Positions 37,552 through 50,148 of a stretch of DNA of 64,000 nt are shown in pieces. The notes under the pieces were generated by a model. The model worked only from the letters and a program-made list of their open reading frames with translations, was not told the DNA's origin and did no database searches. The stretch's first letter is position 1, and every line of letters starts with the position of its first letter. Source of the DNA: Perna viridis (Eukaryota); contig CM074520.1 in NCBI GenBank assembly GCA_037379345.1, positions 2,294,001 to 2,358,000 on the forward strand. The letters run 5' to 3'. A program made the translations under genes and the position numbers.

Positions 37552-37828
37552 GGCCCAGGTTTCAATAAAAATATCAAATTGAGATTTCCCTCATTCTCAG
37601 ATTTTTTAAAGTGATCTGATTGGTCAAATTAGAATTGAGAAAAAAATTGAGGAAAAATTTTCATTTGACATATGAAACTGAGCCCTGGGCTGGTTTCATG
37701 AAAAAAAATCTCCAAATGAGATTTTCCTCAAATCTTAAATTTTAAGTGATATTACATTGTATTAGTTGAAATTTAAGTTGAAGAAGGATTTGAGGAAAAT
37801 CTCAAAGATTTTTTATGACATCAGGCCC
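37552..37828. mobile_element. Two adjacent degenerate palindromic MITEs
   Basis: GGCCCAGGTTTCA...TGAAACTGAGCCC and GGGCTGGTTTCATGAAA...TTTATGACATCAGGCCC, each with internal arms. Confidence 0.6.
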
Positions 37829-39180
37829 AGGTACTCAGAGGGGCACAGAATTAAGGCTGCTAATATAAATACCAAGTCTGAATATGTCTATGTTTCAATA
37901 TCACAGAGACACACCCAACTGAATCTAAAGCAAGTAACAGATCTAGCAGTTTTACATGGACATACTTTTAGTGTAAGCTGAATACTGAATGTATTTTAAT
38001 AGTCATTTCATAAAAAAAATCAGATTATTAGTCCCACATCAAAATTACTCAAGGGTTACTATCAACTTTATACTACATCAATACATATCTGTTTTGTTAT
38101 GTGTGCAGTTTTTGGTGTGTTGTATGTTTGGTCTTTGTCTGTTGTCCATTTTGGGTTGTTTTATCCAAGGATTTCCCCTACACCCTCAGTACCATTCTGT
38201 ACTTCAGGTGTTTAAAGTGTACTTCTTGCCCTACAATGACGCATGCTTTGTATATAACTTCCCTTTTTAACTTCTGTTTACAATTGATAGAAACAATTAT
38301 AAAATGGACCATAAAGCATTCCATTAGTAAGAAGAATACAAACAAGTAATCCCTGAAATCAAAGCCAAGGACATAATGGATAGAACTAACATATCATCTT
38401 CATAATTCCATAATTCTAAATGTCTATCAAGATATACGGTAACCAATTTCCTTGATGTAGTGGAGGAATTAATCCATATATACCTCTGTGGTTTCTGATG
38501 TAATGTAATTTATCAAAAATCCTTTCTCAAACAAACTTTGATCAATCTTAGATGCTCTATACATTATCGTCCATTGCAAAACCAGGCCTACATTGTCTAG
38601 CAAATAAGATGCTTCTGTATGAACAATTTACTTTTATTACAATAAATATACTCAGGATATCATTTTGTTCATCTGGTAAATCACAACCAATCTATGTAAT
38701 ATATCCTCAATCCATTAACCGATTTATGCTCCAATTTCTTGGAAATGACAAAACATCTTCAAGTCATTTCATTTGCTTTTGAGAAATAGTCTATAAATTT
38801 GTATAAGTTATGAAATATGAGATGGTCTTCAGCAAGAAGTGTCATATTTACTGAGACCCAGAAGATAGTACTCTAGGGCTAACAGCTATTAACAGTCACC
38901 ATCCCAAAGGTGAATATCAAACTATTTGTCAGTTTGAGCACTTTTCTGAATTAAAAACTTAAGAGTATTCTCAAATGTACAATAAATATATCAAGTCAGC
39001 CTACATGATGGCATTGGTGATTTATTTTCCCAGATATGATGTATGATGACATTCCAAACATGAAAACTCCAAGGACCATACAAACTCATGAAAAATGATA
39101 TTAACAGAGATGATACTGTTACAAAGTCAACAAGTGTACTACTAAGACATGGGCTGACTTGTGAGAGGATTGACATAGGT

Positions 39181-39615
39181 GAATGTAGGGTGCAAACATG
39201 CAGAAGGCCTGACAAAGGAGAATGTAGGCAGCAAACATATAGAAGGCCTGACAAAGGAGAATGTAGGGTGCAAACATGCTGAAGGCTTGACAAATGTGAA
39301 TGTAGGGAGCAAACATGCAGAAGGCCTGACAAAGGAGAATGTAGGGAGCAAACATGCTGAAGGCCTGACGAAGGAGAATGTAGGGAGCAAACATGCTGAA
39401 GGCCTGACGAAGGAGAATGTAGGCAGCAAACATGTAGAAGGCCTGACAAAGGAGAATGTAGGGTGCAAACATGCTGAAGGCTTGACAAATGTGAATGTAG
39501 GGAGCAAACATGCAGAAGGCTTGACAAAGGAGAATGTAGGGAGCAAACATGCTGAAGGCCTGACGAAGGAGAATGTAGGGAGCAAACATGCAGAAGGCTT
39601 GACAAAGGAGAATGC
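39181..39615. repeat. 39-bp minisatellite, ~11 copies
   Basis: GAATGTAGGGAGCAAACATGCTGAAGGCCTGACAAAGGA. Confidence 0.95.
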
Positions 39616-40657
39616 ACAGCAGTTAAATTCATGAGGCAATGTTTAGAATATCTAACATTTTCTAAAGATGAGTTTATAAAAATTATAAGAAAAAAAATTC
39701 AGAAAAGAAATACAGAGGACACTCTAGTCAATCCCTGGTCCTTGGTCACTATAAACAAAAGAATTAATAAAAACATTGTAATCTAAAAACACATTAACAA
39801 AACAACTGATAATAACAAAATAACAACTTCCTTAATGTTTAACATGTTGTTTTAATGATCTATAATTACCAATAGTGATCAGAAACAGACCAAGTGCCAA
39901 CTCCAATTTTTCGTTTAGACCATGACCTGCCAATATTTATACATGCTTGGAGAAAATTTCATCTTATTTCCATTGTTTTTTGACATTAGCTACACTGTTG
40001 TGTAATTAGATGGGGAGATTTATTTCCCCAGCGAACGATTTAATTTCGTTTTATTTTGGTCTGATGAAAGAGCAATGCACATGCACCTTTTGCAAAAATC
40101 GATAACTCTATGTTGTATACAAAATATAATATAAGCAGAAAGATTGCTTTAATCTTTTATTTCTGATCTGGAAATCCCTCGACATAATTCAGTTAATTTA
40201 ATTCGTAGATTGCCAGAATTATTGACAAAAAGACATTCTTCACAATCTCCCAATCTATACTTCATTTTCCTTTTTTCTGATTAGTTGGTTAAAATATGAA
40301 ATCGTTGTGAAAATTCTATCAATTCTTCGTAGCAGGCTGTTTGTCTTAACTTCAAATGTGACATTTTCAATTTGATTGCAATTTATGGAAACCTGTGGTG
40401 TTGTTACGTAAAATCTAATCTGGACCAAGATCGAACATGTAACAAACTAATTAAGTTGACTTAAATTGACAATTTCTGAGGATGGGATAGTTTTACATGT
40501 ATTATTCTCAATCAATTGCTTTTGAGGTTCTAAGATGTGGTTCCAAACCTTTCAGTTAGAAAGGGTGTTGAGATAATACCTAAAATTGCCATCTAAGCAC
40601 AGCAAGATATAAAACTTCAAAATATTCTCTACGGACTATTTAAAAATTCAAAATTAC

Positions 40658-40865
40658 CTTTCATTGAAAGCATTCCTAGAAGTCCCAACTTGTACACTGT
40701 TCTCCTCGATCAAAAACTTCATCCTATCATAAAATGAGGCTGACGGATATGGTGAATGTTTCGTCAGTAGAATGTCCAGGGGGTCAGGTGACATCTGACA
40801 GAATGCATCTCCTAGACAGGAGGTTGTCATACAGCAATCTGGATCCTGGCAATCTTTCAGTCCAT
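40658..40865 (-). CDS. Ten-m: Teneurin exon (cysteine-rich region)
   Basis: GLKDCQDPDCC...ASFYDRMKFLIEENSVQ; phase 1-2. Confidence 0.93.
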
Positions 40866-41390
40866 CTAAAACATCATTGTCAAAATAGTTACATTTGGTT
40901 TCTTAAATGAAAATTCAATAAGGGGTACCATGCAAGAAAATGAAACCAGAGGCTCCCAGGAGCCTAAATTGCCCACCTGGTTGAATTTTGCCTTTCAAAG
41001 GCAATACATTTAACAAGAAGTTGTCCAACAGTTTTGACTCAAGAAGTCTTTGGTAGGGCTTATCATAAGGACCATTTCAACAACTGAAAGTTTCTTTTAA
41101 TTTATCATAGTTTTCAAGATATTGACTGAAAACTGTTAAAAAAAAGTCATTTTCCCCTTTCAAGGGCAATAGCTCTTACAAGAAGCTATCTGACAACTTT
41201 TATCCTGAAGACTTTTGTAGTCCTAGTAATAAGGATCATTTCAGCTATGGAAAGAATTTGACTGAACCTAACGGTTTTGGAGATATATGCAAAAAACTAC
41301 TGTCTGACCACTATGTTCTATTTTTAGTAACAGCTGCCATGTTTTTGACGGATCAAAAATCCCCACAACAGTTCTATGCAGGATACCCCA

Positions 41391-41695
41391 TCACTATCAC
41401 ACAGACTGAACTTAAAACCTATCACTACCATGCAGACTGAACTTAAAACCTACCACTATCAAGAAAACTGAACTTAAAACCTACCGCTATCAAGAAGACT
41501 GAACTTAAAACCTATTACTATCAAGCAGAAGGAACTTAAAACCTATTACTATCAAGCAGAAGGAACTTAAAACCTATTACTATCAAGCAGAAGGAACTTA
41601 AAACCTATTACTATCAAGCAGACTGAACTTAAAACCTATTACTATCAAGCAGAAGGAACTTAAAACCTATCACTATCAAGCAGACTGAACTTAAA
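41391..41695. repeat. 31-bp minisatellite, ~10 copies
   Basis: GACTGAACTTAAAACCTATTACTATCAAGCA. Confidence 0.92.
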
Positions 41696-42107
41696 TTATA
41701 CTTCTAAATGTTGATTTAATTGCACTTTGAAATTGTGCATAATGAAAATACAACTTGTACAAAAAATTGTTAATTTAAATGTTCATTTGTCTATGCATTT
41801 ATAATCACCAATTCCCTTTTAATTGTAACAAGCCATAAATATGTCATAAAAGAGTTGAACAGTAATGCTGACAATGATGGAATATGTAGAAACAACTATT
41901 ACACTGTACATGGAATTTTGCCAGATTTCAAATATGTAAGATTTTACCTTCTAGGGCAAATTTTGAGGACCAAAATCCATTAAACTATTGTGTAACCCTA
42001 AATATATCATATATTTGGTTACCAAACCCCATCCCTCCCCCCAAAATATGAGAAATATGTCGTACAAGAAGAGTTTTGACTGAATAGGATTTACACATCA
42101 AACAAAC

Positions 42108-42257
42108 CTCTATCATTATCCTCCATGTCATTACAGACCATCTCCATGGCAACATCACATCCCTTCCCTGTCCAACCACTATGACAGGCACACTTCCAAC
42201 CGTCGGAGGAAAACAACCGACATTCACCATGTTTGTTACATCCATTAGGACATCCAT
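42108..42257 (-). CDS. Ten-m: Teneurin exon (EGF8)
   Basis: GCPNGCNKHGEC...WKCACHSGWTGKGCDVAME; phase 1-1. Confidence 0.93.
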
Positions 42258-42340
42258 CTATAAATTTTAATAAATTTTCATAAAAAAGTTAAATTGAGAA
42301 TTTCTATTCAATTCAGTTCAAAAGAAATTAAGGGACTTAC

Positions 42341-42370
42341 CATGCAAAATTCTTAAAGTATGGCAAAAGA
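42341..42370 (-). CDS. Ten-m: Candidate alternative 30-nt microexon (VFCHTLRILH) between EGF7 and EGF8
   Basis: ttttattatctttcag|...CATG|GTAAGT; phase 1-1, open frame. Confidence 0.65.
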
Positions 42371-42779
42371 CTGAAAGATAATAAAATATGACACAACTGT
42401 AAAATAGATAATGTTCAGTCATCAAAAAGAAATTCACATTGAAAATAATACAACACTGAATACTGTGTTACACCCCAAACAGTTAGCGTGAATTATAGTT
42501 CTAAAAGCCAAATTACCAACACCTTGCTAAAATGTATTCATAATGTTATACTTCTTCTAAGCTAAAGCGTAATTATAGTCTCGCCCTTTCATAACTGTAA
42601 TAGCCTATCCTCATTTCAGCCGTAACACTGCTACTTGTGTCACTTCTTGAACATGGATCAACTTCACAAGAAGAATTAACAGTATTTTTTTTAGGCTTAA
42701 ATTTTCATCAGCTGATCAATATCTTTTCTGGCAAGGATAGAATTGGTTTCAAAAGTTGCCATAGATCATGACCATTTAC

Positions 42780-42965
42780 CTAATGTGCAGTGTTTTCCAT
42801 TCCAGCCTTTACGACATACACAAGTTCCATTTTCACACTTTCCTTTGAAATCATCACACCTTGGGTCACATGATAACTGGTCACAAAGAGCTCCACCCCA
42901 TCCAGAAGCACAGACACATTTCTGATTTTGGCACTGGCCACGATAACAACCAAGTCGGCAATTTT
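42780..42965 (-). CDS. Ten-m: Teneurin exon (EGF6-7)
   Basis: NCRLGC...CDPRC...GWNGKHCTL; phase 1-1. Confidence 0.93.
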   Translation of the reverse strand, partial: KIADLVVIVASAKIRNVSVLLDGVELFVTSYHVTQGVMISKESVKMELVYVVKAGMENTAH

Positions 42966-43345
42966 CTAAGGGTAAAATGTCAAAGGTCATGGTCAAGGTC
43001 AAAATAATTGTTCATTTTTGCAACTTAAATACTGTTAAAATGATGTATTTATGACATAAGGAAAATAAAATTGTTAACGTTTATTTATAACACTTGTAAA
43101 ACTAGAAAAACTTCCTGTTGGAAAATAAAGATTGCTTATTTTCAACTAGAAAGAAAAGACGGAAGAATATTGATGTATAAGAATAATAAATATAGGTCAC
43201 AACAGGAAAACATTACAACACTCATATTGGTGGATACTGAGTGGTGAGATGGTAATTCCATTCTATCACAACCTTAAGACTTACATTGTTTTCATTATAA
43301 TATTAGGTACTTATTTCCATACTAGCATCTTTTTAAACATTTTCT

Positions 43346-45992
43346 ATTTTATATTAATTTTGTACATTGTACTTACCACATTAACAATAAAATAAATACA
43401 GAATATGTTTGCGTTATTAGTGTGTCTCCATCGCAATCTTTGAGATGATCTAAATTAGAGATTTGTTTGCCATGTCAACCAAGTCTTTGGATTTGGTGGG
43501 TCGAAATGGTGCTTTTATGCATATAATTCACTGCAAAGCAGCTGCTGAAGTTTCTAGTTTATCATCTTTAAAGGACAAAAGATCTAAGTGGTAGAACTTG
43601 CCTCACACAGGAGATGGGGTATTTGGTTCTAATTTAGGCAGTTTCCTTAAAAAGCGTAAGAATCAGAAGAATGTTTCTGATTTGTTCCCGAATGTTCCAG
43701 AAAAAGGAAAACTGACTTTGAACCAAAGGATTCTTCTGCCAGTAAAGTGGCAAAAGTAAGCAATAATAGTGGTAACAATACTGTTCATGAGAACGGTAAC
43801 AACAGTAGGTTTCAGAAAGGCCAGACTGATTTTAAAGCTGGTAACAATTCTTCAGGTGGAAGTAATGACTTCAAAAAGAATGACCACAAACCAGTTGGTA
43901 AAGGCTCATGGGGATCATTTCGGATTCCAAAAAAACACAGTAGCTGACTCAGAAGTAAGTATAATGATGTGTCCACAATTACCAGTAGGGGGTCGAAAAA
44001 TAACAAAGGACAAATGGGTACTGTCAACTTTGAAAGAGGGATACAAATTGGAGTCTCTAGAAAAGCCTTTTTGGATCTTAATCCCAATGCTCGTGTTCAC
44101 ATGAGACCTATTCAACTTCATCTGTTGAGTTTTTGGAAATCCATATCCAAGGATACAACACAATTTGTTCCATTTACTCAGCACCTGAGATTGCATCTGA
44201 TGTGGTGGTTAAGTTCAGCCAACATGCAGAAAGGCCGATCTTTAGTATCTCCCAGCAGCAGTGTTCCAGTCACGACAGATGCTTCCAAAAAAGGTTTTGG
44301 GGTTATATTAGGACTCAGATTTTCCAAAGGGAATGGAATTCAGATCAAAAACAATGGCACATAAACTGTTTAGAAATGAAGGCAGTGTTTTTGACATTGA
44401 AACATTTTCTGAGTCTAGTGAAAGACAGGTATGTATTGATACGGAGCAACAACACCAGTGTTGCAAAATACATCAACCATCAAGGGGGAACAAAGTCACC
44501 AAGTCTGTGTTATTTGACTTGGGAACTTTGGCAGTTGGCCGTTCAAAATGGAATAGTTATAAAAGCAGCACACATAGTAGGCAAGAAAAATTTGTTAGCC
44601 AACCAGCTGAGTCGGGTGAAGATTAGCCCAACAGAATGGACATTGAACAGGTCAATTGTCAGTCAAATTTTTCATTTATGGGGGGTTCCATTGATAGATC
44701 TCTTTGTTTCATCGGAGAACGGACAGACAGAAGTGTTTTGTTCATGGATTCCAGATCACAATGCATTAGCTCTGGATGCATTGACAATTTCATGGAAGAA
44801 CATGTTTGCTTATGCATTCCCTCCAATTTGTCTGATTCCGAAAGTATTAAAATATATGAAGCAATTCAATTGCAGGATCATACTAATAGCTCCTTGATGG
44901 CCAAGGAGACATTGGTATCCACAGTTACTGGAGTTACTGATAGATCATCCAATTCAGTTACCGATTCAAGAAAATCTACTGAATCAGCTGAGGAAAAGGA
45001 TATATCATCCCAATCCTCAAATGTTAAATCTGACAGCATGGCTCCTCTCGACAGAAACTTTGAAACAAAAGGGTTTTCTGAGTCAGGTCGAAAATTGCTC
45101 ACAGCATCATGGCGGAAGGGCACTCAGAGAGATTATGTTAAGAAATTCGAGAAATTTTTTTGGCTCTTACAGAACCCCATAAACCAGTTGCATCAACAAC
45201 AACTTCTAGTTGGTTAGTGAAAATTGTTCAGACAGCCTATTCAGATGAGAGTATGAGAGTCAATACACATTCAACTAGGGCAATAGCAGCAAGTTGGGCT
45301 TTATACAAAGGGGCTTCAATAAAAACAATTATTGAAGCAGCTGATTGGGCATCTGAATAAATTCTATTTAAGAGATTTGGATTCTCATAAATATCTTACA
45401 TAAATGATCATTAACATATTTTTCAGTGTAAATAGTAATTGTTTTTAACCTGGTGGAAGTGTTTTAATTGTACAGAATTTTAAAGATAGTCGATGGTTTG
45501 TTTTTTCGTTGAGAAAGAAATTTATCTCCTGGAGAATACTGCTTATAAATCAGTAAGTATTCTATATTTATTTTATTGTTAATGTGGTAAGTTTAACGTA
45601 CAAAATTAATATAAAATTGATATTTTTGGATCTCAAGAAGAGATTTTATATTAATTTAAATGTACATTATACATACCACAAGCTGCCACCACTCCTTCAT
45701 AAATTCCTTTCGTTAGGATGAAGGATTTGTAATTACTTGTGCCAAAATTTTAGACTGGTGCGAGTTTACTACACGTATATTGATTACGTATTACAGGTAA
45801 TATGGTTATATGATTGTAGTACGTATCATTGAGATGATGACATCACGTGATGTTTAAATTTAGATCATCTCAAAGATTGTGATGGAGACACTAATAACAC
45901 GAACATATTCTATATTTATTTTATTGTTAATGTCGCAAGCATAATGCACATTTAAATTAATATAAAATCACTTCTCGAGATTCAAAAATATC
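43346..45992 (+). mobile_element. DIRS1-like tyrosine-recombinase retrotransposon, internally deleted, antisense within a teneurin intron
   Basis: ITRs 43346-43455 and 45857-45968 plus right extension; ICR ~45558-45680 complementary to both ends; RNase H (TTDAS, HINCLEMKAV) and Dam-like methyltransferase (YAFPP) in 44133-44897; YR fragment HSTRAIAASWA..GASI..II.AADW. Confidence 0.92.
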
Positions 45993-46962
45993 CATTTTTT
46001 ATGGCAAGGGAGACAACTACAATTTGCCATGCTTTGAGCAGGAAATTGGCAGTAAAAATTGAATAAGAATGCTAGTAACCAATTTTTATTTCAGTTAATT
46101 GTAAAAAAAGACGAAAAAAAAAGGTGAATATATATATAAATCATTATGATTTTATATTCAATAGGAAACATCCAATTATAGATAAATACACAACAAAATA
46201 AAAAATCCTAATCTAAACAACATGCAGAAAACATACAATGGTTAGTACCTATTTTTGGATGAACTGTATTGTCAAATATATCTGAAATACATGTTGAGAT
46301 ACCTTATATCAAAGATATAATTATTCCTGAACACAAACAAAAAGAATAACTGAACTGAAAATGTGTAAAAAACACATAAGCTATAACTTAAATCAGTGAA
46401 GTTAGAAAAAAACAGCATGCAGACATAGTAATAATTGGCATGCAAGTATATACCACTCATTTTATAAGAGTGAGATAATGAAAAGAAAAAAAATATGCCA
46501 GCTAGGGTATTTGTGATCCATCTTCTTAGTTTGCCTGCATGGAGATAAACAGTACATTAAGAGGTAAATTTTAAGCTTGGTGGCTATCAGAAAATACTAT
46601 GCCATAGTTGCAAGTTCTGTCTAGGATAACTTTCAAAAAGGTTTTCCTAGACAGTAAATGGAAAAGGAGGTGGGGGTGGGGTTGGGTTCCTCTTCTTGTC
46701 AATCAATATTGATTCAAGACCAAGAATAATTTCACAAGACAACCCATCTACTAACCAGGGCATTGCTAGAGTTAAATGCATATACTTTATTACTTAAAAT
46801 AACTAATTTTTATAAACAATGATGTTAATATGTCAGCTTCCTAGGTTAACATGCAACTACTGTTTATAACTGTTAAATGGGAGATAACTCTTCAAATAAC
46901 AGGGGAGATAATAAACTCAATGCAGTTAACAAAGGGAGGCAACTCATTCAGCATCCAATTAC

Positions 46963-47178
46963 CTGTTTCACAATTGGGTCCTGTGAAGAACCTATCACAT
47001 ATACATTTTCCCAGTTCAGCATCATACTTCCCGTTCTTAGAACAATCTCGTGCACACAAGTGTGTGACATTTAGTTTATCGGGAGTGCGACAGTCAGGGC
47101 CTTTGAAACCCTTGAAGCAGACACACTTTCCAAGGTGACAAACCCCGTTACCAGAGCAATTTGGGAGAAGACAGTCAA
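46963..47178 (-). CDS. Ten-m: Teneurin exon (EGF4-5)
   Basis: DCLLPNCSGNGVC...CARDCSKNGKY...GPNCET; phase 1-1. Confidence 0.93.
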
Positions 47179-48794
47179 CTGTTGAGTGAAGGAAAAAAAG
47201 AAAACTAAGATTAAATCAACAACATATTGAGCCATTCACATACATGCCATGCTTAATTTGTGCTCATTTGATAAATACTGTGCTTAGGTGCAGATTTTAC
47301 TTCCAGCATATTTTGTCAAAAATCAAAAGTCTATATACCTGATTGCTAGCATTAACATACATGCCAAAGTTTCATGCATAAAGAATTTAAGATGAAATTT
47401 TACTTGCTGAATACATTTGATATGCAGTAAAACATGCTGACTATATAAATAATTTTGAAGTCATTAATGAAATAAAATAAAAGCACATTCCAGGATAAAA
47501 TATAAATGGCTCAACAGTCTAATTAGTAACACAGCTATATAAAGCAAATTAAACCAATATTAGTAAAGCTCCAAACAGAAAAAAAAGCATCAGAAATAGT
47601 ACTAAAATATCATGTTATAATTAATATATAGTCTACTACATGTACTGAAGTGAAATTAATTAAAATACAAATAAGGAAAAAAGGGCAGGGTTCTAAAATC
47701 CTACAGTCATATATCAGGTCTACATTGCACATTAAGAACACATCTGTACATGTATGTTTAAGAATATTCTCATAACCTCCTCAACTGTAATATTGACCGA
47801 CTGGAACATGGAAGAAAATTTTATTGAAATGTTTCAGGTAATCATCCCATATTCCTAATTCTCCAAAATCCTACCTCATCTTTTCCTATTCTTTGCAATT
47901 TTCCTCATCCCATTCTAAATTTAATTTACTTCAAAGCTCAAATTCACAAAACACAATGCCCCTCCCCCTTTTTGTCTGTTATTCTTTAGCCTGTCCATTC
48001 AATAAAGTATGCTAAAGTTCATGAATTAAATTCTAATTAATATCTCTGCTCTATAATTTAGTCTAGAATTTAAAAGAAGGCAGAGAAAAAAGTTCATAAA
48101 TCTAATATATCTTCATCTTCAAGTAACATGTTTTTTCCTGTTTCATGAATCATGAAATAAAACAAAATATATTTTTATTCCTAACTTGATTGTAAATTTG
48201 TATGAGTTTGATTTACAGTAAAAATACAATGAAGTTTTAATCACTTCTGCCATAGAGGCACCAGAATAGAAAATTAAGTTTCAAAATCGAAAGAATTATT
48301 CAGTAAAAACGAGTAAAGAGAAATAAATCATGTATAAGATGATAGTATAATAGTTAGTTAAGAATACATCTATATAATAGTTTCAAGGCTCATTAGATTT
48401 TTTCTACTGGCTATGATGTAAAAATTCAATTTAAGTTCTCTACAAATCCTATGTCTATCCAGTGAGAATTGATTAAACCTATAGAGGTTCTCTCATGGAA
48501 ATAAAACTGTGTCTCTTATGTTCAATAGTAACTCCATCATGATGTCATCAATATTCATTGTTAAGTTATATAATTGTGCCTGTCTAAAGCGTACTCGCGG
48601 TCACCAATAAAAGATTTTAAAAAACAGATGTCTCTATAACAATTCAATTGATTTTGGATAGAAAAATTTGAACTTGAATCATATGATATCAAAGTAACTC
48701 TGAGAGAAGACTTGGAATTTTCCTATAATTCTTTCTTTAAGAAAAACATAAAATGATGATTTAACAGCACAAGCATGGTGATGCTTGGTAAGCA

Positions 48795-49684
48795 CAGACC
48801 CATCAAAACCTGCCGGACCGTCGGACCTGTCCGATAAAATTGTCCCGGGTCCGGTAAATACACGTTGCTTGTCGGCCCGGGTGTCCGATGTTTTTTTCTT
48901 ACGTTAAAAAAGATTTTCTCAAAACTGAAGTGGTTTTTGTGAATAATAAAACTAGAACGTTTTAATAATTACTTGAATTAGTCTACAGTCTAGCAAGATA
49001 GTCAATCAATTTGATTGTAAACAATAATATGTAACTTCCGGTTCATTCGCTACACGTCATTTCGTCCTTTGATATATCATCCCTTCCGTTGTCTCGCTAC
49101 TCGTTTACATGTGAAACATGCGGTCATTATATTGTCAAAATAATAATGAAAAAAATAATAAAGTATATTTCTTTTACATCGAAATTGATAAAGATTAATA
49201 ATTGAACATCTGATAAAACAAATTTTCATTTGACAATGATGATGATTATGAAGACAGTGAATGTTTTGACTATCAAGATGAAATGTTGAATTTTGAAATG
49301 ATTATGTTTTATGCCAGAGATTGAGAATAGATTTTATAATTTAATAACAATACTTTATTTCAAATTTAAAAAATCAACAATATATAATACAAAGAACTAA
49401 AAACAAAGTACACATGTTTCGTTTATGAAGACTCATCAGATACACTCTAGCCAAAATGAATAATGGTGACAAATTAACAAATTCAAGAGCCCATACCCAG
49501 TAGTTTTAAAATCAGCTTGATAATAAAATGTACTTGGAGATTCCCACCCCCCATCAAAAATGTTAGCGTGTCGATAAATTGTTCAGAGTTTTTTCGGTCA
49601 GACAAATTGTCATTCGGTCAGACAAGTCATCACCTTGTGTCTGACTGAATGTCAGATGTGCTTAAAAAAATTTCGATGGGTCTG
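48795..49684. mobile_element. Non-autonomous hAT-like DNA transposon
   Basis: TIRs CAGACCCATCAAAA / TTTCGATGGGTCTG; flanking duplication TAAGCA; subterminal GTCCGA/TCGGTCAGAC repeats. Confidence 0.75.
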
Positions 49685-49953
49685 TAAGCATGTTTACATT
49701 TCCTACACATCCTTCAAGTTACAAGAAAACCTAACAAAAAATGAAGTCTGTATCCGGGCAATGACAGAGAGGACAGATAGATAGACTGACAGACAGACGA
49801 TCAGTCATAACCATTGTATCCTCCACATTTTTGTTGTGTGGATTGTGCTTTTATATAACAATAAGTTGTGTTATTCTTTTTTCCAACCACCCACTGTTAA
49901 TGTGTCAGTCAACCTCAGAACATCCAAAGATAAATAAATAATTGACATCTTAC

Positions 49954-50148
49954 CGATTCCACAGTGTGGTCCTTTGAATCCACTGTAGCACTTGCACTCC
50001 CCGTTGATACATCGGCCATTTCCATTACAGTCTGGTACAGCGCACTCATTCTCTGGAATGTTACATTCTTGTCCCTTCCAGCCTTGTATACATTGGCAAG
50101 CTCCAGCTAAGTACTGCCCATTACCACTACACACAACGGGACACTCAC
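49954..50148 (-). CDS. Ten-m: Teneurin exon (EGF2-3)
   Basis: [12 protein letters not shown]...GWKGQEC...GFKGPHC; phase 1-1. Confidence 0.94.

Noticed and set aside
38991-39639. Long repetitive ORFs on both strands
   Set aside because: By-products of a 39-bp minisatellite in a teneurin intron; no splice or start context
44133-44897. Adenine methyltransferase-like ORF as a novel host gene
   Set aside because: A standard DIRS domain located inside the element's ITRs
46303-46326. 24-nt AG-GT segment with a good acceptor
   Set aside because: In-frame TAA far upstream of the last junction, weak GTATCT donor, intron-like composition
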